64,000 nt of DNA. It comes from Nymphaea colorata (Eukaryota). Location: contig NC_045138.2 of NCBI RefSeq assembly GCF_008831285.2, positions 36,952,001 to 37,016,000 on the forward strand, written 5' to 3'. Shown piece after piece: positions 1 through 12,890 of the stretch. Under the pieces are notes generated by a model. That model did no database searches, was not told where the DNA came from, and was given only the letters and a program-made list of their open reading frames with translations. The translations under genes and the position numbers were made by a program. The number at the start of each line of letters is the position of its first letter. Position 1 is the stretch's first letter.

Positions 1-392
1 AATGTATACAAACAAAGAATAGTATGAAGAAGTGAGATTGGATGATCACCATAACTGCCAAATTTCAGTCATTACATTTATCCTTTCAGAAGAAGTTATT
101 GGATTTCAATAAAGAAACTAAAAGCTGTTAACAGGAGGTCAAACCAAGGTAGTGCTAGCATACAGTGAAGCAAAAAAATGGTTAACTAAATGGTCCCAAA
201 AATTTGGATCCACTACTTTTATACTTATGAAGCTAGGAATCTTCAAGCCAGATCCTATTTAGACATTTTGCAATCCCTAGCTTCATATTCTTCTTAGATT
301 TCATCATGCTTAGCTCCAAAATTCTGATAGACACAAGTTTTAGCAAAATTGGTATCCAATCAATGGCATGACCAATTTGTGGCAAGTGATAA

Positions 393-440
393 TACGGACC
401 AACATAACTTTTTCTTTACGGACCAACATAACTTTTTCTT
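393..440. repeat. Perfect 24-bp tandem duplication in a UPF2 intron
   Basis: tacggaccaacataactttttctt occurs twice, head to tail. Confidence 0.8.
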
Positions 441-727
441 TCATATTAGTTAGTTGCAAAAATAAGACATGAGGACAGATTGGTTGGGAATTAGCAAATA
501 TCAAATTCATTCAAAAGACCCACCTTGATCAAGATGACCTAAAAATACAGTTCTAAGTGGGAGAAAAACTGCGAGAACGTACCTAGCTCAAGAATCTTGC
601 ATACAAAAATAGGCAAAAGAAGTTTCGGTCAACTAACATAATCATTGGCTTAAGCTGGACATCAAATAGGAGGGAGGAGTTACTTAGGAATTCCTTAATA
701 ATATAGGAAGGAAAGAAATGCACCAAC

Positions 728-3700
728 CTTCAAACAGGTGAAAACAAGTGCTGGAGATGCAATTCGAAACTTTGCTAGCTCCCCGATGAACCTTATGTTT
801 CTAATCTTTGTCTCAATGTTCATTTGATCCTACAATAACAAAGAGGAAAAGGAATAAGTCAAACAAAAGCAAGATAAAAACCTGATAAGCACTCCAACAT
901 CTTCAGTTTCTGCATAATCCATACAACAGGAAATTACTTCTGTTGCCATTATAATATACATGTAGAAGGGACCACTTATGAATGAAATACAAAAAAATAT
1001 ATAGAAGTAGAAAACCTCACGCAAAATCCACAAACATACAATGTAATAGCACCTATACAATGTCTATCTGGTTCAAAGGACAAGAGTAGAACATGTAATC
1101 CAAGATTCTTCCAAGCTCACATGAACCAATCCAAATGAGTTTGGGTTTTGGCTCTCTGACAAGAACAAAATGATCAACCTTCAAAATTGATTGGTGCAAC
1201 AATAGGCGCCAAAGCCCTTGTAATTGTCAAACTTGAAAAGCTCAACACAATAGGAAAGGATCCAAATCCGTTCATGTGCCACAGTCTCAAAATGACCACG
1301 TATTTTTTGTAGTTAAATTTTGGAATTATTTTTCCTTTCTCATTGAAAGAAAAACCTTAACATGAAGATCTCAACTTCCATCACCAGGAGTGTTCACTAC
1401 TGTCGGTGGAAGAATTCATCAAATTCCAGTAAACACAATTTAAGTTGACCAAATCAAGTACTTATGGAGAACCAACTAGCTCCTTTGAAATTCTTTCAAC
1501 AATTCTAACAGACACCACAAGATATTCAAGATGCCAACAACAAAAATGCTGGTGATACCAATGTTATCAAAGGCGTAGTGTATCGCATATCGATCGGGCT
1601 GACCTATACGCCGTATCGTAAAATTAATTTTTTATTTTTAAAAAAATATTAAAAAATCATAAAAAATAGAAAAAATCATAAAAAATCCAAAAAAAAAGAA
1701 AAAATCAGAAAAAATCAAGAAAAATGTATTTAAAGGAACATTCATGTATATGAAGTATGAACAACACATTCCAAAATAAGAAATGAGACATTCAAAATAA
1801 CATAATAAGCAATCGAAGAGAATTCAATTAGATCACAATTCATAAGTTCAAAAGTCAAAACATATAGTTATCATCTTTCATGATTCAACGATAATCCTCG
1901 TCAATCGTTCCCACCGTCCCCACAATGAGAAAGAAAGCTTCTTCACTGGCAAAGCTTGATGCAAATGGAGAAAATCTCTCCCTCCCACGTCTCTTGCAGT
2001 GTTTAGAAACAAGAAAAGAGAGAGAGAGGAGCGTAGCTTTTAAAAGAACCCGCAAAAAAGGGGCCCGACGGCCCTTTTTAATTTTTCTCCCGTATCGTAC
2101 GATACAGGGGTGTATCACCTGTATTGTGCATCGAACGCGTATCGTATAGGTTTCTTCGATCTATATGATACGTATCTAAATATCAAAGGCAGGCGATGTG
2201 GACAAAACTAAAAAGAATGAGTGTCTATTTAGGCAATTTCAAAGAACCAGGAAATGGGAAAACTGACTAGGCAGTCAAACAATGAAACAAAAATCTGGTG
2301 ATCCATCAGGATACAGAAACACATGCATTCAAGAAACAAGTCCCCATTGTTAAAGAGAAAACATAGGGCAATATCAAATGATAATGCATATTTATTCCCA
2401 AGAAACAAAACAATCAAACACAAAAAAACATCATCCTTCTGTCCAACACAATCACTTAGTGTAGTGAGCTGACAGGATCAACTTTTTGATACAGACATAG
2501 CCTAAATTTACTTCAAATGACCTTTTTATTTATCAGGAAATTGAATTCTTCTTCCAAAAGTTGCAATAACATAGCTGAGACATCCTTCATGCACGTTGAT
2601 AGTGTTGCTACCATGCGAGAATAGTACGGCAACAGCTCTAGTGAGGTCCTAGGAACATTAAATAATGCTCGGACCAGTTTTTTTCTGTTTGATTTGGAAT
2701 TTAAGTAGCAAAACTCCACCTGAAGCAGAAAAAAAGTTAGTACTCATGCAAATAGTTATTTATGACTAGACATGCAAAAGATGCATGCTTGCAGTTGGTA
2801 CCGTCAATTGATCAATAAGGTCACGGCTCACGCAACCAGGAAGCCTTTGCAATAAACTGTCCAGACTTGTCCCATCAAGGCCTTTCACTTTGTCTTTCTC
2901 ATTTTCACCTTTTCTCTCAATTGAACCTTCCTTTAGCTTTTCCTTTTCATCCTTATCTTTCTCCTTCTCCTCCTTAGCTTTCTCATCTGCTTTTGCTCCA
3001 TGAGAACCTTCTGAATCCAATAAGACCTCTGCATTTTCTTGTGTTGTAGATCCCTGGTCCATGTCTGATGTTGAATCCTTCAAGTGCAACAAATAGAAAC
3101 TCAGCAGTTGTGATTTAGAAAGCTGACATGTGAAACAAATCGCATCCAAAACCCCAAGCATCAAAGAATTTAAAGGCTCAGAATATTATTTTATAGATGA
3201 CGTTTTGATAAGCTCTCAACACAGCCCAGGTGCCTTGCTTCAAAAATTAGCAGCTGAGTTCTATCACCTCCAAGAGATTCAACATTTCCCCATATGCACA
3301 CCATCCAAAATGGGAATGCAGAAGATTGACACATCATAGTGAATTACGAAAAGTTTGCAACCATAGAATGATGAAGCAAAGTCAACAAAACAAGACAGTT
3401 GGAAAAACTACTCAAACCATGCAGTTGAGAAGTCCTTGATTTAGCAGACCTCATAACACTTCCTGAAAAAGCATAACTGAATTGATGGAGTACAGACCAT
3501 TATTATTATATAAATGATGAACAACTCAATATCATTGTAAATTGTTTACTCAAAAGTCAAAACAGATTGCAGTAAGTACAGATATCCAAATCAACCATGA
3601 GCAAGGAACTTGAACCTTCTTCATGGTAAATTACTAAATTCTGAAAATAATCACGTTCTCAAAAAAGAAGGAATTAGTGACCTCTAAAACAGCAAAACCA

Positions 3701-6700
3701 GTTGCGTATGCAATAAAAGGAACTTTAGATATCTTCCAATACAGCCAGAGTTTCAGGGTGAATGAAGCAACTGAAGAGCACTTTGGCACTGTAATCAAGT
3801 TCATTAGACATTATGCTCCACTTTTTCTCCTTTATTTGGCCAATGGATGGTAATTGTTGACTATATCTAAACTCTTGTGATTAAATTCAAACGCTTTATG
3901 AATGTTATTGTATTATAATCCATGTGACAAATACTTTAGATTATTTGTTCTATTACAGCATTTTGCTATGGTGCAGGTTAACAAGTCTCCAACAAAACAA
4001 GAGCACAAATACCCTGTTACTAGTTGAAAGCTTACATAGCTCTTATAACGAGACAAATTAAGATAGATGGCCCACTCCAATAGGTCATAAGGTAATAGTT
4101 AACAACGTATGTTTCAGATGGTAGAGAAAAATCAACCACAAAGAGTTGTAAACATACTTAAAGTCCTACTAGTAGCAGCCCATGGGAAAAGAGAACTTTT
4201 GCAGCTGCAAAAAAAGTTCACTTGTTGAAGTGAGGCTTGTTCCTAGAATAACAGAGAACAGGCATTATAATTGCAGATGTCCCCAGTCACTTTAAGTTAC
4301 CAGCATGGCTTGGTTTCTAAGAGTAGCATTTTATGAAGTTGGTGCCGAAAATCACAGGCATTCTCAAGGTTCACTTGGGTATTTCAAAAGTACTCCAAGG
4401 TCCAGAAGATTCCTTAGTAACTTAGAACTTACAATAGGAAAAAGTGTAAACTGATTTCCTTCAACTTCAAGGGCAGATAAGTGTGACAATCCCAACACCC
4501 AATGACCTATATTTAGCCTTCAAATCGCTTAGATTTACAATGGTAGGATAATTTACTGAACCCCAAGCAATTTTATCTTATAGTGGACATACAAACCAAG
4601 TAAGTGCTATATAAAGTTGTAAGTTCATTAGTTACCATTTTTCGCAAATTATATATGAGTGCACAAAGAAAGATGTACTAGTCAAGAACAGAGCCAGAAA
4701 CAAAAACTCGAAGAAGCCTAGCTAATCAGCAGCGAAAGTAGATCAATGGAAAGAAATGAATGTAATCTACAACCATTCCACAAGTATTCTTAACAAACCA
4801 GCAGAAACAAACACACCTGTCTGGGAACAGATTGAACAATTTAAAAAAGGTAGAACCTACGCCTATATTATGATTTATGACAACTAGTCTAAGGCCAAAT
4901 TTTCTCCACATCTTGAAAACTTGTTCAGGTATAGATGTTTAATGGCTTAACTAGAACCCTTCAACATAAGGAAGTTTTTCCTAAATTAACGAGTTTTAAA
5001 AACAGTGTTGTAATTGCTATTCTTGTTTGCTTAGATGCCTAGACTCTAGAGCAAACACACTGAAAGTGCAGTCCTTTCTTCCTACAAAAGATGCCAAAAG
5101 CAACAAGCAGACGTGATGCTGGAACACAGAGGCCCACAAAGGCAGTGATAAGAAATTAAACCTGACAAAATAATCGTGGAAGGCTAAAACAATCAGATGC
5201 AATGGTCATTACCTGTTGTTGCTCCTGTGGCTTGGGAGATCGTTCACTTGCTTTAGATTCTGCTTCTCCCAATAAGACAGCAGGAACAAATGCCCTGGAC
5301 AAGCAGCAAAAGATTTTAATAAGCAACAAAAATCTGTGAAAGGCTGTTAAAGGATGCAAGAGAATGATGACCAAACAAAACCTACAGCTGATTATTTTAC
5401 CATCCAAAATCTCTGTTTATTAACATTGTTCTAAATCACAACATGTGACCCATTGTTTAAATTTTAAACTTTAAAGATCAGATACAGAAACACAGTCTGA
5501 ACCAAAATCTTTAAACTGAAGTAAGCAAGTCAGGGAGAAACTCGTTTTGCTAATACCTCAGATCAGGCAAACATTCATAGAAGGCTTTTGTGTCATCATC
5601 GTCCCATATAGGTTCCAGGGAAGACGATTCTTTTGCATTAGCTGCTGATCCAGCATCCTCACCCGAGGTTACCCTAGTTGTGTGACCATCCTCTGGCATC
5701 ACTGGTGGTTGCATATCAAGAGCTTCTGCCAAACTACACAAATTCACAATATGAAATTAGACTTATCAATCACATGGATAAACAATGATAACCAAAATAG
5801 GGCAATATAAAGAAAAATAATGGAAATCTAAAAAATAACTGGTTATAAAGGACAGCTAAGTCATAATAAATGGTACAAAGAACAATTATTTATTTAATAC
5901 ATATATTTTTTAGATGTTAGAAAACCTATCAGTGTCCTTCAGGCTCACCTTATGCATAAATTAGCTTCATAGCAATTGACCAGAAGTTTGAAGCAAGAGT
6001 GAGTGGGACAGAACAGAAACTACACATATTGCCGTCTAGGAATGGCAATTCCCTCCACCCCACCCTCCCCCCCCCCCCAACACACACACAGAAAAAAACC
6101 CCGGATAAGTATATCTCACATGTTGAAAATGTAAAAAATCAGGAAAAAAAAGAATATATATGTGTGTAGATTGAATTTATAAGTGGAGAAAAGTAAAACT
6201 ACTAATTTTTGAAACCCTAACAAAGCACACTAGCAAAGCTTTGGGCTTTCCAGTGCTACCAACAGACCACATTTTCATGTTTTTTTTTTCACCTTAAAGA
6301 ATTTGACATTTTACATTCATTCACATGGATAGATCAGATTTTCATGCTTTTTTCAATCTTATAGAATTTGACATTTTACATCCCATTGGCATGGTTATAT
6401 TTATAAAAGCAACATACTAGATATAAACCACTTAAAAAAATTCCAGAAAGAGACCTAATTCTTCTCTCAAGGAAAAAAATGTTACATATGAATTGAACTC
6501 AAATTTTCAATCTTATTGCAAAATAATATGTTAAAAGTTGCATGACATCAAAGTACTTTACAAATAAGCTCAGGCATTCGGCAAAGCAAACCATGAAGAA
6601 GGTAAAAAAAGGCATCAGGTTTCTTCGCCTCCACATAAAGACAAAAGTAGGAAAGCCCTCTAAAGGTGCAATCAAATTCTAAATGGAAGAAGGCAATGCA

Positions 6701-9700
6701 GAAATAAAAACAGATGTTCTCGTGCCTAATTAGTCAGCCAGTCCACCATTCATTAATAACTAGACAATACAAAAGTACCATAAACACATAACCATTGCAG
6801 GAAACATAACCCACTCAGAGATATAAATAAATAACATGTCTGCGAGCATGAGTATGATGAAAAGAAAGAAAAGGGGAAAAGGGTTACATAAAGAACCTAC
6901 GAAGAAACACCGCGAAGCAGGTGGTCATAGGATTTCCGCAGCTTCTCATACGAGGTCACATTTTCCTCACTCAGTTCTCCTTTAGCATTTAAGATCTTTG
7001 AATTCTCTTGTTCCATTTGACGAAGTGACTGGGGAGCATTAGACAATTAAAAAGACACGTAAGATAACGCACTAACTAGAGCAGTTGAAGACTTTATAGC
7101 ATTACATATAACCCAAGGAAATTCAACAGCTTACTGGTGTACACGTACACACTTTCATAAAGCATGTGGATAATGCATTCATGGATGCATATAAATACAA
7201 CAGTCACAATGAGAACAAACAAAAAAGAAACTCTTACTGCATGTTCTGATTGAAGTAGATCAGTTGCAGAATCATAATATGAAAAAACTGCCTTGCGAAA
7301 AGCCTTCTTTTGGTCTGCTGTAATGTTGAGATCCTTGAAACACTGTCACAAATGAACAACATAAAATTTAAAGATATTCTCATGTTTTCTGGAAAGCAAC
7401 ACATAGTTCTCGCTCTTTTTGTTATGCTTATTACTTGTTCCAGAAAGCGTTAGACCATAATCAACAGCTTCAAACATGCTACATTGCTTTGTTAATCTAA
7501 TTATATTACTATATAATATTATAAATTTAAGTGTCAGACATGAAAACCCAAGGCACTACAAACTACAAATTTGCATTGTCTACACTAAATTGGCTTTAAT
7601 TGAACATAAATTCAAATGTCAAACATTTGGTTTCACCAAGAAAATAATATGTAGGAGCAAATTATCATTTAATAGACTTGAAAGGTAAGTGGAACCTTTA
7701 CATTTCTAAGTGACAGAGAGTCTGTACCTCTTCATTTATATCTTGTCCTGATTGAGCAAGTCCAAGAAAAATTCTTCCTTGACGAGCAAAACTGGCAATT
7801 AGAGATAGATGCATCTGTGTAGTGTCTCGGTCTTTTAGATGCTCCATGCTGGCTAGATCCTTTATAATATTCACAAAAATACTGGTGTCCTCTGTAACCC
7901 CAACGAAATAGAGCTCCATAAGAAGTTTTAATGTATTCCGCTTCTTCAAAGCCCTCGAACTTTTATCTCCATCCAAATCCTCTCCAGATTTTGCAGGCAA
8001 AAACACTTTCAAGAGCCCTTGAATCAGACTCGGTGAAAAATCCTTGTACCTTTGATGGAGCAACGAGCATATCTGTGAAATTGAAAGGAAAAAAAAAAAT
8101 TGAGTAAGAGAAACTGAGAAAAAAAGTACGAACCACCCGGTGCAGGTTTTGGACACTTTATCACTTGCTAGTCTCCAAGTTCTGAGAGACTACAGAGAAC
8201 ACAGCTAAACTATTGGCTACATTAGAAGCAACAGAAAATATACTTGAAAGTTGAAAGTCAAAGACAAGAAGTAACCAAAACTGCTACAAGGGCAATATTG
8301 AGTGCAACAAAGAAAAGCTAACAGACAAAAAGGAAACAGACTGAGAAATAACCACTAAAGGCAAACAGCATCACGAACATGTAAACTCTATCATATAAAT
8401 AGTTCCCACAGGATTACCTGGACAGCTGCTTGTATGTCTGAAGTTCGGAGCTTGGCATCACATATAGCTGCAACAGCCTCACTAACGAATTTGCTCAAGT
8501 TAACTGCTTTTAACTCATCTATAAGTGATTCTCGTTGCTCCTCATTGATCTGTTTCAGCTTCTTTATGGCAGTAGTATTACGTTTTATACTGGAGTCTAG
8601 AGTCCTCAAAAAGCTTGAATCTGAGAAGAACTATCTTTTTTCAGAAATCCAATGCAAGAATAAATTATCAAATATGTGAAACGAGGGAGTTACATTTTCT
8701 GCATCATAAAGGAACACAAGCGATGGAAGAAAAAACTAGATTATTATAGAAAAACAAGTGAATAAAAAATGGAAGAACCCAAGTACAAAATGCAGACTTT
8801 CAGTGCCCAAAACAACTAATTGTCATAACTTGGTTAGAAATCCAATACTCCTGAAGAACACTAAATCACATGGGTGTGGGGTGCGGGTGCTGGTGTGGGG
8901 GCGAATGTGGCAATTTTCAAAAAAAATTAGGTGCAGGTGCAGGAAGGATGCATATATATGTGGGTGTATATATGTATATAAACCATTTGTTACTATAGTT
9001 GATTAATTGTTTAGTATTGTTATTTGTCTACATTTACATAGAAACTTTTTGTATGGTCAGTTTTGGCCCGGTTCGGCTAACCAAACTGGATACATTGTGC
9101 CGGAGAAGCACAGGCACCAGCATTGGCACGGGAGCGGCAGCCATTTAGAAGCCCCCATGTGACATAGGAAGAACATGTATTGTAAACGTCTTACCACAAA
9201 CTGCACACAGAAATATAATTATTTTGGAAAATATATACTATGTCTGTTTGATTTCACCTTTTATGCTTTGTTATTGTATTTCTTGGTAAATACATGGATA
9301 CCCTTTCAATTGATATAAGTTTTTTATGATAAAACAAGCAAAAGATAAAAATTTCCAATAACTCCATCGATGAAGGCGAGTGTTATTTTGCATGTCACTT
9401 CCATTCCTAACTAAAGTTCCAAAACGTAGTAACTCTTCGAGGAGCAAGCATCTTCTATTACCTAGTCTAATAAATAATAATCTTTCAACAATGAGAACCA
9501 TTCACTGGACAAAAATTTGACAAGATAAATGGGGAAACCTCCAGTGATGTGCAGTAGATAATATTTGGCTTCGCACAGCAGAAAATAAGTAAAAACATAA
9601 GTAAGTTTTCTGTTTACAAATAAAATTAATTTCACGTATCCATGTAATGACTTAGAAATGCTTGCCAGTGCCCCCATTACAGAAGCCTTAAAAGAAACAA

Positions 9701-10747
9701 AAAAAAAGGGGGGAGTAGCAGTGAGCTATTTTATCAACATAAAGATGTTCAAATGAGACAAAGAAATTGCAACCTATTTGCAGATTAATTATCCATTTAG
9801 AGATTGAATGCAAATTTTATAACAAGGCACCTGGCCTATCAGGGTTCAAGTTGCTTTGACGTAGAGCAACTTTCGCCTCAATTGACTTCTTAAGCTCCTC
9901 AAGACGTGCCACTGCCTCCTATAATAAGAAAATTCGGATATCATAAACCACTATGAACCACATCTAATATGGTATATATGAAATTAGAATTTATTTAAGG
10001 AAAAACACTGACAAATAAATGACTGCTGACTAAACAAAAGGCAATGAAATCAACAAACTCATAAATGCATCAGAGAGAAGCTTGTCAGAATTTAACAAGA
10101 CAAGGAATATAACTTTAAAAAAAAGGAAGAAATAGCTGCAAATTGGACATCATAATGCAGATAAAACAGATTCTCACATACTTTTTTCTACTAATTTCCA
10201 TGCTCTCCAATTGCTACTAGACTATTCCTCGGGAAAATCAGCAAACACCCAACCAAAAAGGACAACGGGTGCTTCAAGCATAGGGTAAAGTTGTCATATG
10301 ATTCTAAGGTATTCAAAGTTGTGCTTCATATTTGGTGGCTTTAGCATTCCACCTCTTGTTTCAGGCATCTAATAAACACCAACCAGAATTCACCGCTCTA
10401 TGAAATTTTAGGAGCACAAATTGGCATCTCCAATAACAAACTAAGAAGTCACATGCCTGATCAAAAGAGATAGGAAGCTGCATGACATATTGACATGGCA
10501 TTGAAGATTACATCGTCCCAGCACATGTGTATAGATCGATAAAATGGAAACTATATAAACCATGCAACTAGGTAAAGCATGCTGCAACAACTTTTGTGGG
10601 ACAGCCTTCACTTGAAAAACACTATGGTGTGGTCACTAAATTCATCGCACACTAGTTCTCAAAAAGCAAGTCAGAAAAAAGTACCTCATCGCCTTGTTTG
10701 GCATGACGTTCTCCATCCCCAGAGCATTCATCGTCAGCATGTTCCAT
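728..10747 (-). CDS. UPF2: Regulator of nonsense transcripts UPF2 (MIF4G-domain NMD factor), 5' portion; continues beyond the left edge of the window
   Basis: Phase-consistent GT-AG exon chain read by hand: 10685-10747 (MEHADDECSGDGERHAKQGDE), 9831-9918 (EAVARLEELKKSIEAKVALRQSNLNPDRP), 8418-8620 (FLRTLDSSIKRNTTAIKKLKQ...NLSKFVSEAVAAI), 7728-8072 (ICSLLHQRYKDF...), 7238-7342, 6901-7028 (AKGELSEENVTSYEKLRKSYDHL), 5557-5733 (WDDDDTKAFYECLPDLR), 5213-5294, 2802-3077 (LQRLPGCVSRDLIDQLT), 2522-2719 (VEFCYLNSKSNRKKLVRALFNVPRTSLELLPYYSRMVATL), 728-829 (DQMNIETKIRNIRFIGELAKF). These peptides match plant UPF2 MIF4G-1/2 as I recall them. Confidence 0.95.
1559..2190. mobile_element. Probable non-autonomous DNA transposon remnant (hAT-like) in a UPF2 intron
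   Basis: Starts caatgttatcaaaggcg. Both ends carry clustered gtatcg/cgatac subterminal motifs around an A-rich core. No matching right TIR or TSD was found. Confidence 0.35.
8861..9167. mobile_element. hAT-type MITE in UPF2 coding intron 2
   Basis: Imperfect TIRs ctaaatcacatggg...cccatgtgacatag, flanked by a perfect 8-bp TSD gaagaaca (8853-8860 and 9168-9175). Confidence 0.8.
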
Positions 10748-11968
10748 CTCTGCACAATGTTTTTAAAAGTAACCTAATCAAAAATTGTGAAACGCATATG
10801 AAACAAATACATTGGTATTCTCAATCGAACTATCATTCATGCAGATGCAACAACATAAAGGAGAAAGAGTTACTAGTAAAAATTACAAATTACCATAATC
10901 CCAGATATGAAGATTCCCAATCACGTCAACAAAGGAACTATTCTAGCAACAAAAAAACATAACGACTAGAACATTCATTCACTTGTCAACAAAGAAAATG
11001 CTGCATTTGACACCAAGGGTCCTGCTCACAAGTGAACCATGAAAGTAGAGCATAGATTGAAACGTCAAGGCCTCACTACTGACATTAACTTGCCTGAATA
11101 TTCATTAACTTAAACCAATCTCAACTATTTGCCGGGTCAAAACTCTATGTAGAAGTCACAATTCTGAACGACTGCCCAAACAATCAAAATTGAATATGTG
11201 AAACAAGAAACGGCAGCACAGTCGATACTATTAGACTGGTAAAAAAAAAAAACGATCAACAGTCACAAAATCGTACTCGAAAATATATTTAGAGTGCTAC
11301 ATGAAGTAGGCCAGACATAAGCAATCTTAATGCAAGCTAATAAAAAGGGTACAAAACTCATCAGACTGTCTCACCACAAAATTGATGATAGATGCCATTG
11401 AAGCAGAAAGAAGAAGAAAACGATCAACAGTCACATTTGGACTAGAAAAAGGGAGGGGCTAATCACCCAAAAAAGTTCAGTTTTTCTCAACTACGTGTAA
11501 TTGCTTTACTCATTTGGACGACCACCAAAACATGATATTCTAATCCTTGTACAAAATTAAGCGTTATACCCCTAAGATCCTCAACCGATGAAAATGCACC
11601 ATGACCGAGCCAAAATCAGAAAAACATTGAGAAAAACTCAAAGAATTCCCCGACTGAGCTTCGGAAAAATGTTTGCATCTCCGAACCTACCAACACAACA
11701 GAATTGCATGTCCACAAACCCAACACTTCATTGGATTTCACCAACAAAAGCGAAGGTCATTTTCAAGGTCAGAGAAACGCGAGTAGAGACCTCCTTGAGA
11801 ACTGAACTCTCCAAGCCCATGAATATGGTCAATTGGGGCTGGAAACCCTAATGGGGACCCACAAAGCCCTCGAAATGACGGGCTCCCAGTGTGCCAGCGG
11901 GAAAAACATGCCAATGATGAGAGAGAACGAGAAAGACGGAGAGAGAGACGCTAGGGTTGAGAACGTAC

Positions 11969-12110
11969 TCGGAGGGCTGCGAGAGAAGGCGAAGGCTTGG
12001 AGAGTTGATGACGATCGTGAAGAAGGACGCTAGCACTTTACTTGCGAAAAGGGCGAAAACGGAGAGGAGCAGCAAGAAGGGAGCACAGCAGCGAGGAGGC
12101 GCAACGTGAA
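11969..12110 (-). other. Probable non-coding 5' UTR exon of UPF2
   Basis: On the minus strand this block is CT-rich and ends in a donor-like GA|GTACGT at about 11968. An acceptor (tgcAG) lies 2 nt upstream of the UPF2 ATG, implying a 5' UTR intron of about 1.2 kb. The upstream boundary is approximate. Confidence 0.5.
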
Positions 12111-12705
12111 GGAGACGAAGTGTGCCCCAAAGTTAATGCGGCAATTAACGTTGGATTTTAGTTCCGGTATTTTCATTGGGAAACCGCCTTGAATGAAAAT
12201 TCCGTCTTCGACGCAGCCATTCTCATTTTCAGAAAATGGGAATGCAAATGTCGGACTCGTGTTTTCACTCGCACCAAGCAAACGCTCTCCTACTAAAATG
12301 TCATTAATTTAACTCAAAATATATATGTATATAATCTATCCTTCAAAGGCTGAGGGTTTTCTTTGGCTTCGCTAACCTAAACTGCGTTTTTTCATTTAAT
12401 TTCTGTAGCTATTTTTAATTATTGTCTCTTTGTATGTAATCCTCGAATACATTTTGTGTGGGTTTTGGCCCTTCGAGCAAACTTGCACAAACATATGCTC
12501 CTTCGAGCATTATAGTGCAAATCTTCGTTACGTCATTTTCTTTGTTTTTTAGATTAATCTTTCCGAACTTGCGTAATTATTTTTGTGTTTTTCCATAGTT
12601 TATAAAGGCGATAAGCTATTTAGTTCGACCATTTTATGTCTCTCCTCCATGGGCTATTGTTGCCCATTTTTCCATTAAACAACTTGAATCACATTTTTGG
12701 TTGGA

Positions 12706-12890
12706 TGGCGCAGTGTCTCATACATTTTTTGCGTTGGTTGGATAGGTAATAGTATAGAAGGTAACTCCTTGGTTCGAATCTTGTGGACGCTACTCCTCTT
12801 GACTGTGAATGGTAGGATCAGGAAATTCTAGTTGATGGGTGTGTCGTACTTCACTCGGATCTCAACGTAGTCCAGAACTCACTCTAAAGA
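12706..12890 (+). mobile_element. Possible degenerate tRNA-derived SINE
   Basis: A-box-like TGGCGCAGTG (12706) and B-box-like GGTTCGAATC (12771). It does not fold as a tRNA by eye, and no TSD was identified. Confidence 0.3.

Noticed and set aside
6259..6400. Two diverged copies of an approximately 66-bp unit; considered as an array
   Set aside because: A simple intronic tandem duplication. No repeat-spacer (CRISPR-like) structure exists here or elsewhere in this eukaryotic window.
12706..12790. Possible tRNA gene
   Set aside because: The boxes are present but there is no acceptor or anticodon stem; kept only as a SINE candidate.
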